Assembly (NCBI GenBank): GCA_963675295.2
Contig: CAXXKJ010000002.1
Span: 3,040,001-3,104,000, forward strand
Source of the DNA: a bacterium
GTDB taxonomy: Bacteria; Electryoneota; Electryoneia; Electryoneales; Electryoneaceae
DNA: 64,000 nt
Direction of reading: 5' to 3'
Each line of letters starts with the position of its first letter. Within the stretch, counting starts at the first letter, position 1. Shown one piece after another: positions 20,911 through 30,632 of this stretch. The notes under the pieces were generated by a model. It did no database searches. It was not told the origin of the DNA and worked only from the letters and a program-made list of their open reading frames with translations. The translations under genes were made by a program, and so were the position numbers.

Positions 20911-23193
20911 TTACTTGAGCAAGGACACCTTCTGAATCTGGTTCAATTTGCCCGGAACCGTCGCCTGTACGAAATACAGCCCGCTGGCGAGGTTGGACGC
21001 GTTGAAGGTCAGGTTGTGCTGACCGGCCTGGTACTGCCCATTTGCGAGCACCGCCACCTGCTGGCCCATGATGTTGTACACGGACACGGTCAGTTCGGAG
21101 GTTTCCGGCAACGCGATATTAATCGTCGTCGCTGCATTGAACGGGTTCGGATACGCGGCGTTCAGCGCATACCTGTCCGGGATCGGTTCTGAGGGAGTGT
21201 TGACAATCAACGACTCGTCCATGGGCCAGGTTCCACCACCCACCCAATCCTCGGGCACAAATTGGAATGGCTCTGGACTGCCGCCAAACTTCTCGAACTG
21301 AAAGCTGTCCTGCATCCGATACTGTGGAATGGACATGCTTCCGACGTGCGCGGTAAAAGTGTACTCGCCAGCCGGGGCGTACCATGGGACATTCTGACTT
21401 AGATCCTCAATGTGGAACTCAAAAGAAGCTTGCACGCCAAAAACGAATTCAACCAGGGGTCCAATCTCATACCCATACGGCGTGATCACTGAGGTCCAAT
21501 ACCGAAGGTTGGGTTGCCCATCCGGCAGCTCACCAACGAAGTCCACATCATAGTACAGCGTTGCGCCTGCCGGCGGAATGTCTGTCTGATGAGGCGTAAT
21601 CGCAAATGACGTGTATGGATCAAGGAACTCAGCAAGCACTTTTATGTTGTCAACTGCTGAATACCAACCCCAGTGTTCGAAGTCGTCATACAGCCAACTG
21701 AACCAGACTGAGTCCGTCAGATCAGGTAGCTCCGGCAACGCATGATGGATCGTCTCCGGGCCAAAACTTGTGATATAGCTGGCGATTTCAATCCACTCCA
21801 CAGTCGAACCGCCAGTCCAGGATACTTGCAGCAGTTCGTTATCGGATTCCAGCAGGAAACCGTCATAGAAAAGACTGAGGTCAATTGCCTCGCTGATATC
21901 TATCTCTGGTGTGATCAGTCGGCTGTAGTAGTGGGCGTTTGTGCCCGCAGCATCAGAATTGATCAGCATGTAGGGCGTTGGAAAGATGTCCAGCTGATGT
22001 GTGTCGTAAAACGAGTGCATCCAACTCTTGGTCCCTGATTCGGCTTCAATCGTCCACGACATGGGCAGGCCGGTGTCAAAGGTCTCATCCAGCAACCAAT
22101 TCGCATCACCCAGCCAAGCAACCGTGATCGGATTGCTGTAGTCGGATTCGCCTTCATCCCAGAATGCGGTTACCACATAGTCGTACTCGCCGTATGTTGG
22201 CAGCACATCGGTGTAGGAATTGGATGTAGTCACCCCTCGATAGTCTCCGTCTCTGTAAACTCGGTACTCGATGAAATCCTCGAGTGCGGACTCGCCTTGG
22301 TACAGTTGACGGGTTCCTGTGCTCAACAGGGCATTGAACGGAACTCTGGTACGTTTTGGTGCGGAACCGGCGAATGTCGGTGCGCGCATCCACTCGTCGG
22401 GCAGTATCGGGATCGCGCTATCACTCGATGCAATTACTTCGTTCCGTGGCTGATCGAGCAGCAACGCCACTCCGGGCAGATCGTGGGCCACGTATTCCCA
22501 TTCTACCCATCCGAATTGACCAATCTGCTCAGCCATTCCGACACCGATATGACCGGATGGATTATCGGTATCTGCAAAGGTGAACACGGGTACACCATTC
22601 ACCACCGCCGTGTAGATATCGTCGTCCGCGTAGAACGCCATGATGTTGTCAGCACCATGGCCGGTGTTCAAATAGTCAACCTGCGTCCATGGTAGCAGCG
22701 CCAGAGTCGCGCCATCAATGAATTTGCCGACAAACACCATGCCGTTACCACCCGACTCCGCGATGCTGAACACGTATCCATTCGAGTCGCCATCGTTGGT
22801 GTACGGCGTGTCCGTGTGAATGAACAGCCACTTGGCATAAGCCAGGTTTCCGCTGTTCTTCGACACCTCGACCTCGGTATAGCCCTCGGAAAATTGTTCA
22901 CCCTGAAACATCGCGGAAGTGTAGGTATAGAAGCCAGTAGGATGGAAATCTGCGACCAGCTTCCCATTTTGAACACGCCAATTCACAGGGTTGTCATAGA
23001 CATAGCCCTGCGCGATTCCGTCCTCGAAGTTCTCATAATACTCAACCGCTTCCAATGGAGGTCGCCACATCAATTCAACAGTACCCGTGTCCTCATCGAG
23101 CAGGAAGTCGAGATCTTGTGGTGCTTCCTGCGCAAACGCAAACGTGCTCAGGATTAAGATTAGCGCAACAGTTAACCCGACTGACCGTATCAT
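20911..23193 (-). CDS. Secreted protein: FN3-like module split by a lectin-like insert, cleaved-adhesin-like domain, pre-CTD domain, CTD
   Basis: Signal peptide MIRSVGL (GGGGAG RBS); APQDL...VELMWRPP ... EYRVYRDG; LLDETFDTGLPMSW...RLITP; YPNPFN...KVSLLK. Confidence 0.8.
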   Translation of the reverse strand: MIRSVGLTVALILILSTFAFAQEAPQDLDFLLDEDTGTVELMWRPPLEAVEYYENFEDGIAQGYVYDNPVNWRVQNGKLVADFHPTGFYTYTSAMFQGEQFSEGYTEVEVSKNSGNLAYAKWLFIHTDTPYTNDGDSNGYVFSIAESGGNGMVFVGKFIDGATLALLPWTQVDYLNTGHGADNIMAFYADDDIYTAVVNGVPVFTFADTDNPSGHIGVGMAEQIGQFGWVEWEYVAHDLPGVALLLDQPRNEVIASSDSAIPILPDEWMRAPTFAGSAPKRTRVPFNALLSTGTRQLYQGESALEDFIEYRVYRDGDYRGVTTSNSYTDVLPTYGEYDYVVTAFWDEGESDYSNPITVAWLGDANWLLDETFDTGLPMSWTIEAESGTKSWMHSFYDTHQLDIFPTPYMLINSDAAGTNAHYYSRLITPEIDISEAIDLSLFYDGFLLESDNELLQVSWTGGSTVEWIEIASYITSFGPETIHHALPELPDLTDSVWFSWLYDDFEHWGWYSAVDNIKVLAEFLDPYTSFAITPHQTDIPPAGATLYYDVDFVGELPDGQPNLRYWTSVITPYGYEIGPLVEFVFGVQASFEFHIEDLSQNVPWYAPAGEYTFTAHVGSMSIPQYRMQDSFQFEKFGGSPEPFQFVPEDWVGGGTWPMDESLIVNTPSEPIPDRYALNAAYPNPFNAATTINIALPETSELTVSVYNIMGQQVAVLANGQYQAGQHNLTFNASNLASGLYFVQATVPGKLNQIQKVSLLK

Positions 23194-23275
23194 ATTCTCC
23201 CCCATGGCCTGACAACAATCTCGACACCAAAGATAGTTCGTCGATTTCGTCTTCGCAGAAACTCGAGTACGAACC

Positions 23276-23317
23276 AAAAAAGAAGCGGCCATCTCAGATC
23301 AATGAGTGGCCGCTTCT
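23276..23317 (-). terminator. Rho-independent terminator
   Basis: A-run plus AGAAGCGGCCA...TGGCCGCTTCT. Confidence 0.7.
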
Positions 23318-23345
23318 AGGAGTTCAGAATCAATACTACAGTACT

Positions 23346-25180
23346 TTACCGCACCAGCATAACCTTCTGCGTGGCGTTCAGCTGACCCGGAACCATCGCG
23401 CGGATGAAGTACAGACCGCTGGCGAGGTTGGACGCGTCGAACGTCAGGTTGTGCTGACCGGCGGTGTACTGGCCGTTCGCGATCTCGGCAACCTGCTGCC
23501 CGGCGACGTTGTACGCAACCACCGTCAGGTTCGCCGCTTCCGGCAACGCGATATTGATCGTCGTCGTCGGGTTGAACGGGTTCGGGTACGCGGCGTTCAG
23601 CGCATACTCGCTCGGCAGGCTTTCGCTGCTGCCCAGATCAGCCGTCTCATTGGTGACCGGCTTGGCGACCCATTCGTAGCCGTTCAACGGGAAGATGTCA
23701 CCGCTTATGTCCGCGTTCTGGGCGGGCACCACTTCAAACTCGAAGCAGTCGGTCACGTATTCGTTGGCGACATCGACACCGACGCAGAGGGTGAAGAATC
23801 CCGGAGGCGCGCCGTTGACACCCTGGTTCAGGGTGAGGTCAAAGATGTTGCCGGAAACGTACGTGAACTGTTCCTTGCTGATGTTGTACTCACGGCCGTT
23901 CTGCAGGATCGCATAGATCCAGTACTGCGCCAGCAGGTTGCCGGTCGTGTTGGTCGCGGTGAAGTACAGGTCGTAGTCGAACGTCCCACCCTGCGGAACC
24001 TGCAGCGGCTCTGCGGACGGGGTCAGGTCGAGCGTGAGCCGTACACCGAGCTGTTCATGTCCCAGAAGCCGACACGGGCGGCGTAGTGCGCCACACCGAC
24101 CAGTTCGATGTCGTCATCCATGTCGATGTTCGTCGCAGCAACCGCGCTTGCTCCGTTGTACAGGATCGAGACGACATGCTTCTGGTAGTTGTGATCACCG
24201 AGGTTTTCCCACCACGCGATTTCGTCATCACCCAGCGCCGCACCGTAGATATCCAGATCGCCGTCACCGTCCATGTCGGCCACGCCGATGTCCATCACGC
24301 CATAGAAGCCCCAGGCGATGTCGATACGATCCCAGCTGGAACCGGTACCGCTGAAGTTCTCGAACACGGACACAGTGCTGCCGTCGCCAACGTCACCACA
24401 GGCAACGAGGTCGAGGTCGCCATCACCGTTCAGGTCGCCGACATCGATCGCTTTCGGATGCTCGTAGTTGTTGCCGACGGAGAAATGCTGCCAGTTGGTA
24501 CCGTTGCTGCCGATGGACAAGTCGTTCCACCAGGCGATACCGTTGGCACGCGCGCTGACGATGTCCGTCCGGCCGTCACCGTTGAAGTCACCCTGAGCAA
24601 TGCCGACACGCTGGAATTCGTTGAAGTCGGCGTCGGTACGGGACCAGTACGACACACCGTCGCCCGGATTCCGGAACCATCCGATTTGCGAACCGGCAAT
24701 CGCGGCGTCGAGGTCGCCGTCGCTGTCCATGTCGAACAGTTCGATCTGCCATGGCATGCCCATATTGCCCTGGGCCTGGTCGCTGATCACGTGGTCAGTC
24801 CATACGGACGCATCGCCGTTGTCGTTGGACAACCAGCCGGCGCGATGGTCGGCCGGGCCGTACCCTTCGCGGGCGTAGGCGATGTCGATGCTACCGTCGC
24901 CGTCAACGTCGTCGAGATCGACACGCACGAGACCCGGCATGTTGGTCAGGATATCATGCTGGGTATACTGCGCGTCACCATCATTTTCCCACCAGCTCAA
25001 CGTGCCGCCATAATACGTTGTGGTCACGAGATCCGGGAAGGTGTCACCATTGAGATCGGCCACCTGTACGTCAACGGGGCCGTCCATGTTGTTTCCAACC
25101 GCCATATACCCCCAGTCCTGCGCGGACGCGATGGACGCGACGAGCAGCAAGGGCAGGCAAAAAGCGACTACTTTTTTCAT
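23346..25180 (-). pseudogene. Secreted FG-GAP/VCBS-repeat protein with pre-CTD domain and CTD, split by a 1-nt frameshift near 24045 (pseudogene or sequencing error)
   Basis: MKKVVAFCL signal peptide, DxDGDGDxD repeats; reading continues in the -1 frame as GVRLTLDLTPSAEPLQVPQGGTFDYD...YPNPFNP...KVMLVR. Confidence 0.78.
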
Positions 25181-25667
25181 TGCGATCCTCCATGACTGTG
25201 AAAAAGCCGGGCTCAACCCGCAACAGGCTGGACCGGTGGATGTACGTGTTACGCCAAAGATGCGCGAATATGTTTGAAAGCTACCCCTCGTACGGCTCCG
25301 AAGTTCCATCCGGAGTCCCCGAGAGTCAGGCAAACCTAACTTCAAGGTGTTTCCGCACCATGCAGGCTGTGTGATGAACAAGTACACGGGGGATGTACGA
25401 ATCCTCTCTTACAACGGCAGGGTGTGAAAACGGCTGGTTTGTTATGATTCTTCCATCATACTTATGATACTCCTGTTTGTGATAGAATCTGTAGAAATTC
25501 GCCTTCTGTGACCTGTGTCACAGCGGCTCCCGCCGGAGCGGGATCGGGTCAAAACGTTGTCGATACGGCCTGAAATCCATATCACTCTCTCAAGCGCTTG
25601 TAATAACTACAACCGGCATTTGCCAGTTGTCAACGGACACCTGTGGAGCATCCGAGATTTTTGGGGT

Positions 25668-28013
25668 TCACCTCACCAGCATCAGCTTTCGCATCGTGTC
25701 CATCTGCCCCGGCACACTGGCCCGGACGAAATACAATCCACTCGCCAGATGTGACGCGTCGAACGTGAAGCTGTGCGTTCCGGCGGACACCTGCCCATTC
25801 GCCAGCTCAGCGACCTGCTGCCCGGCGATGTTGTAGATCGTCACACTGAGATCCGACGTTTCGGGCAGCGTGACGGTGATCGTCGTCGCGGCGTTGAACG
25901 GGTTGGGTATAATCCCGCTGATCTCATAGTTCCGTGCGGGGTCAGCTGAAATCGTGTGTTCGACAACTTGTGCATCCCCCATAGCGCCGACAGGACCGAC
26001 GCTGACATTATCGACCGCAAACTTCACGAAATGGTACTCGTCAAGACCGGGGCCGTGGTTGACATATCGAGCCCGGAAACTAAGCCACAGTGTATCGCCG
26101 TGGATCTGGTCACTGTTCAGAACCAGGGATTCAGTTCCCCCTCCTTCGTCCGCGTGCAACCTGATCCAGTACCACGGCCCCGACGGTCCGAAGGCATAGA
26201 ACGAATCCCCTTCCCCGTTGTTGTACCGTTCCCACATACGCCAGTCATACCGAATCTCAACTTCACTCAGTCCGGAGATGTCAACCGGCGGGGAGGTCAA
26301 ACGACACCCCGGTGGGCCAGACTCACGCACAAACGGTGTTGGGAACACATCACCATCCGTGATCCAGTTCCATGTATTGGTTGCGCTGGTGTTGGCGACT
26401 GTCCAGGTACGGTGGAAGGTGTCGTTGAAATCTTCGTATAGCCTGAAATCGGTGTCTGTCCAGAACACTCCCGCCGGATTGCTCAGGTTGACCTCATGGT
26501 TGTCGAACAGTGCCGCGATCCGGTAGTCGTAGTACCCCATTCCTGGCAACTGATCAACATAGCTGGTGTTGGTAACAGAGGTCAGGTACTGATTATTCCT
26601 GAAGATACGGTATGTGACAAACTCGTCCAGCTCGCCGCCGAAATGTGCAGGATCCGGTTCCCAATTCAGCTGAATGTTACCAGCTCCATCATGGGTGACG
26701 GCGATATCGGTCAATCGCGGCCAACTGACCTTGATCGTACGGATTATCCGAGGCCGGTTGGCAAAGCGTGCGACAACCCGGTAGGTGTAGGTATCCATCG
26801 CCGGTAATTGATCGGTAAAGACGCGATTCTGTGTGCTGCCCACAAACGTACTGTCGCGATAGATCCGGAATTCAATCAGATCGTTGCTTCCACCCGCCCA
26901 GTCCAACGTCACCTCTCCGTCTTCCGCAAGATCGGCAGTTAGCGCGTGAAGTGGCGGTTGTTCCATCCAACCGACGATACTGCCATCGAGAATGGCAACA
27001 TCAAGTCGTCCATCTCCGTTCAAGTCACCGAAATCATGCAGACAGTAGGACGAATAGATCGGGAAACTGCTGAAGGTCCCATTGTTCGTATTCTTCCAGA
27101 AGTAGAGGCCGTTTCCACGCCAGATACCCGAAACGATATCGTTGTCTCCATCCTGATCCAGATCCACGATCTTCGCGGAATACGTGTAAAGCCTTGAGTT
27201 TTCTTTCAACACGTTCGGCAGGGAATACTGCATTGATCCCAGGTTCCTGAACCAGACCAGAATGTTGTGGTTTTCCACCCCGCCGACAGCGACCAGATCC
27301 GGATCGCCATCGCCGTCCAGATCCCCATTGATCAGCGCATCCCAATCGGGGGGATAGATGTCAAGCCCATGCGATGTGAAGTTCTGAGCCCCATCGTTTT
27401 CAAACCACAAGGCTGGAGCATTATCGATTGCTGCGACAATGTCATTGTCGCCGTCCATGTCTGTGTCTGCAACATCTACCGAAACAGGTTCTATCTGCGC
27501 CAGGAAATGCTGCTCGAACTGAAGCCCACCCATGTTTTCATACCAGATCAGCTCCTGATATCCACCAACCAGGTCCATGTCCCCGTCGAGATCCACGTCG
27601 AAAACACCGAAAGTGGCATCACTGTCAACAGAGTTAATGACCTCTACGTCTGGTGCCGGTGTTCCATTATTTACAAGGATAGCGAGGGTTTGCGAACTGA
27701 TAATCGCGGCCAGATCCTCGTCACCGTCATTATCAAAATCGGCGTTGTCACACCAGTACATGTTCTGGAGCAATCCACCGTAGACAAACCAGCCCGTGCC
27801 AGTATTCTTCCAGTACTGTGACTCGCCGATGGGAACACCCGCATTGATCAGGTCGATATCGCCGTCCTGGTCAAAATCGAGAACAACGCAGTCCTTGTTG
27901 ATACGATATTCATGGTCTATGACATGCCGCTCCCACTCGGCCCAGGAAGCACTGGGTAAAACCGTCAGCGACAACGCTGCGAACAGGACCAACAAGGTGG
28001 CACTCGATTTCAT
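25668..28013 (-). CDS. Secreted FG-GAP propeller, two FN3-like modules, adhesin-like domain, T9SS-like CTD
   Basis: Signal peptide MKSSATLL; DFDQDGDID-type repeats; IPNPFN...KLMLVR; paralog of 28077-30431. Confidence 0.82.
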   Translation of the reverse strand: MKSSATLLVLFAALSLTVLPSASWAEWERHVIDHEYRINKDCVVLDFDQDGDIDLINAGVPIGESQYWKNTGTGWFVYGGLLQNMYWCDNADFDNDGDEDLAAIISSQTLAILVNNGTPAPDVEVINSVDSDATFGVFDVDLDGDMDLVGGYQELIWYENMGGLQFEQHFLAQIEPVSVDVADTDMDGDNDIVAAIDNAPALWFENDGAQNFTSHGLDIYPPDWDALINGDLDGDGDPDLVAVGGVENHNILVWFRNLGSMQYSLPNVLKENSRLYTYSAKIVDLDQDGDNDIVSGIWRGNGLYFWKNTNNGTFSSFPIYSSYCLHDFGDLNGDGRLDVAILDGSIVGWMEQPPLHALTADLAEDGEVTLDWAGGSNDLIEFRIYRDSTFVGSTQNRVFTDQLPAMDTYTYRVVARFANRPRIIRTIKVSWPRLTDIAVTHDGAGNIQLNWEPDPAHFGGELDEFVTYRIFRNNQYLTSVTNTSYVDQLPGMGYYDYRIAALFDNHEVNLSNPAGVFWTDTDFRLYEDFNDTFHRTWTVANTSATNTWNWITDGDVFPTPFVRESGPPGCRLTSPPVDISGLSEVEIRYDWRMWERYNNGEGDSFYAFGPSGPWYWIRLHADEGGGTESLVLNSDQIHGDTLWLSFRARYVNHGPGLDEYHFVKFAVDNVSVGPVGAMGDAQVVEHTISADPARNYEISGIIPNPFNAATTITVTLPETSDLSVTIYNIAGQQVAELANGQVSAGTHSFTFDASHLASGLYFVRASVPGQMDTMRKLMLVR
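25675..25837. repeat. 163-bp near-exact CTD-coding repeat, copy 1
   Basis: 4 differences counted by eye versus 28084-28246. Confidence 0.8.
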
Positions 28014-28076
28014 GATTCCCCCTGAACTGCTTTGATTCAGCCATGATACGCCTACAAAAAGAAACAATATGTGTCG

Positions 28077-30431
28077 CTATCTGACCAGCATCAGCTTTCG
28101 CATCGTATCCATCTGCCCCGGCACACTGGCCCGGACGAAATACAATCCACTCGCCAGATGTGACGCGTCGAACGTGAAGTCGTGCGTCCCGGCGGACACC
28201 TGCCCATTCGCCAGCTCAGCGACCTGCTGCCCGGCGATGTTGTAGACCGTTACGCTAAGCTCGGACGCTTCCGGCAGGTTCACAGTGATCGTCGTCGCGG
28301 CGTTAAATGGGTTGGGATACACGGTTTGAATCCCGAACTCGTTGGGTAGATTCTCGGCATCGGTGTCAGCCAACGGATCGGAGACGGCGGAGTTAAGGGC
28401 CTCGTTGTCCGGCCTGACACGAACGTTGTCGATGGCAAACCAGCACCAGCCGGCGTCATCGAGTCCCTGTCTGGCGCGGAAACTGAGGTACAGCGTATCT
28501 CCGTAGATCTGGAGCGGAAGCAGCAGCCGGGACTCGTGTACCGGTCCCATGGTCTCGCGGTAGATCACCTCTTCGTACCATGGACCGTTCGGCGTGAACC
28601 CGTAGTACACTTCTCCCCTTCCGTTGTTCCAGGCCCGGTCTTCGAAGAACATGAAGTCGTACTCAAACCAGACAGTGGTCAAGCCTGAGATATCAATCGG
28701 CGGGCTCACCAGATAACATCCGGGCGGGCCTGTCTCACAGACATACGGAGACGGTGCCTGCGGATCATCATCGACCCAGTTCCACGTGTTGCTGGCAGCC
28801 GTTGAGGATACCGTCCATGTCCGATGGAACGTGTCGTTGAAGTCGTCAAAGAATCGGTCGTCCGTGTCGGTCCACAGCAAGCCTGCCGGTTCACTGAAGT
28901 TGATCCCGTTCTCACCGAAGAATGCGATCACGCGGTAATCGTAGTAGCCCATTTCCGGGAGTTGATCGGCGATGGATGTGCTGTTCGTCGCAGTCAGGAA
29001 CTGGTTGTTGCGAAAGACACGGTACTCGGTGAACTCGTCCAGCTCACCGCCGAAGGAGGTGTTCCCAGCCTCCCAGCTGACGGTGACGTTGCCGTTGCCA
29101 TCGTGGTCAATCGTCAACTCGCTCGGTGCCGGCCACGCGACGACAACCGGATCGGCAATGGTTCTGTATTCATCGGTCGCCAGCGCGACGACGTGGTAGG
29201 TGTACTTGTCCATCGCCGGAAGCTGATCGACGAACTGGCGGTCGGTGGTCGTGCCCAACAATGTGCGGTCACGATAGACCCGGAATTCGATCAAATTTTC
29301 GCCACCCCCCATCCAGGTCAGGGTGACTTGCCCATCATTGCTCAGGTCAGCGGTTACGGCGGACACATTCGGCTGTTCAAACCAACTCACCCAGTCGTCC
29401 GAGACCGCAACGACATCCTTGAGACCGTCTCCATCGATATCGCCGACAGCCATCGCGAGCGGATTGGCAGAGGTGAAGACGCGCACCGGAAACTGGGTGA
29501 AACTGGCATCACCCCCGTTCCTGAACAGAGTAATCTGACCAGGTCGATAGGTTTCACCGCAGACATCCACGTCGCCGTCACCGTCCATATCGGACACGGT
29601 CATATCCGCGATCCATGTCCTGGAATCAATCACATTGGGAACTGCATACGTCATTGCGCCAAGATTTTCGAAAACGGCGAGTTGCCGATGATTATCCAAG
29701 TCACCACCGGCGACGATGTCCAGATCACCGTCACCGTCCGTATCCGCAGGGATGGTGAAACCCCATTCGGTGGGTTTAAGCCCGAGGTAGTGCCACTCAA
29801 AGTTCTGATTGCCGTCATTCTCATGCCAGCGTGTCATGCCGGTTTGCCCCGGACCAGTCGGCTGGAGAATATCCATATCGCCATCCTCGTCAAGGTCTAC
29901 GATATGCAGCGGACCGACTCTGGATGTCGGGTATATTTCGTGCTCCTGGAACTCCAGCGAACCGAGATTTTCATACCAGTACAATTCTGTCCGTCCAGCC
30001 GCGATATCGATATCGCCGTCGCTGTCAAGGTCGCCGAATGTCAGGTACTGGTAGCTTCCATCCCCGATCTGAACGTATTGGAACGTGCCGTCGCCCAGAT
30101 TCTCACGTATCCACAAGTTGTACGGATTCGAGCTGTAGCCTTCGAGCCCGGCGACGTCGATATCTCCGTCCCCATCCAGATCAGCGCATTTGAAACGGAC
30201 CAGTTCGAACCATTCGAAGGCTTGCGGGAAGTTGCCGGCGCCATCGTTCTGCCACCAGAAGTCATGGCCGACAACATCAAGATCACCGTCACCGTCAAGA
30301 TCGGCCAGTTCGATGTCGTAGCCGCCGCCATGAGGATTGTCAACATCATGGCGTTCCCAGAACGCATGCGTGGTCGTCGGCAGCAGGGAAAAAACAAGGA
30401 GCAACGAAAGGACAGCGGAAAGCGTCTTCAT
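28077..30431 (-). CDS. Secreted FG-GAP propeller, two FN3-like modules, adhesin-like domain, T9SS-like CTD
   Basis: Signal peptide MKTLSAV; DLDGDGDLD repeats; YPNPFN...KLMLVR. Confidence 0.82.
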   Translation of the reverse strand: MKTLSAVLSLLLVFSLLPTTTHAFWERHDVDNPHGGGYDIELADLDGDGDLDVVGHDFWWQNDGAGNFPQAFEWFELVRFKCADLDGDGDIDVAGLEGYSSNPYNLWIRENLGDGTFQYVQIGDGSYQYLTFGDLDSDGDIDIAAGRTELYWYENLGSLEFQEHEIYPTSRVGPLHIVDLDEDGDMDILQPTGPGQTGMTRWHENDGNQNFEWHYLGLKPTEWGFTIPADTDGDGDLDIVAGGDLDNHRQLAVFENLGAMTYAVPNVIDSRTWIADMTVSDMDGDGDVDVCGETYRPGQITLFRNGGDASFTQFPVRVFTSANPLAMAVGDIDGDGLKDVVAVSDDWVSWFEQPNVSAVTADLSNDGQVTLTWMGGGENLIEFRVYRDRTLLGTTTDRQFVDQLPAMDKYTYHVVALATDEYRTIADPVVVAWPAPSELTIDHDGNGNVTVSWEAGNTSFGGELDEFTEYRVFRNNQFLTATNSTSIADQLPEMGYYDYRVIAFFGENGINFSEPAGLLWTDTDDRFFDDFNDTFHRTWTVSSTAASNTWNWVDDDPQAPSPYVCETGPPGCYLVSPPIDISGLTTVWFEYDFMFFEDRAWNNGRGEVYYGFTPNGPWYEEVIYRETMGPVHESRLLLPLQIYGDTLYLSFRARQGLDDAGWCWFAIDNVRVRPDNEALNSAVSDPLADTDAENLPNEFGIQTVYPNPFNAATTITVNLPEASELSVTVYNIAGQQVAELANGQVSAGTHDFTFDASHLASGLYFVRASVPGQMDTMRKLMLVR
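28084..28246. repeat. 163-bp near-exact CTD-coding repeat, copy 2
   Basis: 4 differences counted by eye versus 25675-25837. Confidence 0.8.
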
Positions 30432-30583
30432 GATATCCCCCGATATCGGTGATAGACTGGTCGTCAATTGGCGTGCACGTGCGCGCGTGCAGATCAGCTA
30501 TGCATTCTGGAGCATAGCCCGAAGTGTCCCAGCATTGCAAGACAAACCGGCGAATTTGCGGAATTCGTGCCAACACATAGAGA

Positions 30584-30607
30584 AGCCCGGAAACCTCGTT
30601 CCGGGCT
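30584..30607 (-). terminator. Hairpin downstream of C10 peptidase gene
   Basis: AGCCCGGAA-ACCTCG-TTCCGGGCT, UCUCU tail on minus strand. Confidence 0.55.
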
Positions 30608-30632
30608 CGGATCATGCATCGTGAGCTGGTTG

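Noticed and set aside
25675-28246. Near-identical 3' gene ends as a DGR template/variable repeat pair
   Set aside because: Both copies are coding, the differences are not one-directional adenine substitutions, and no reverse transcriptase is in the window.
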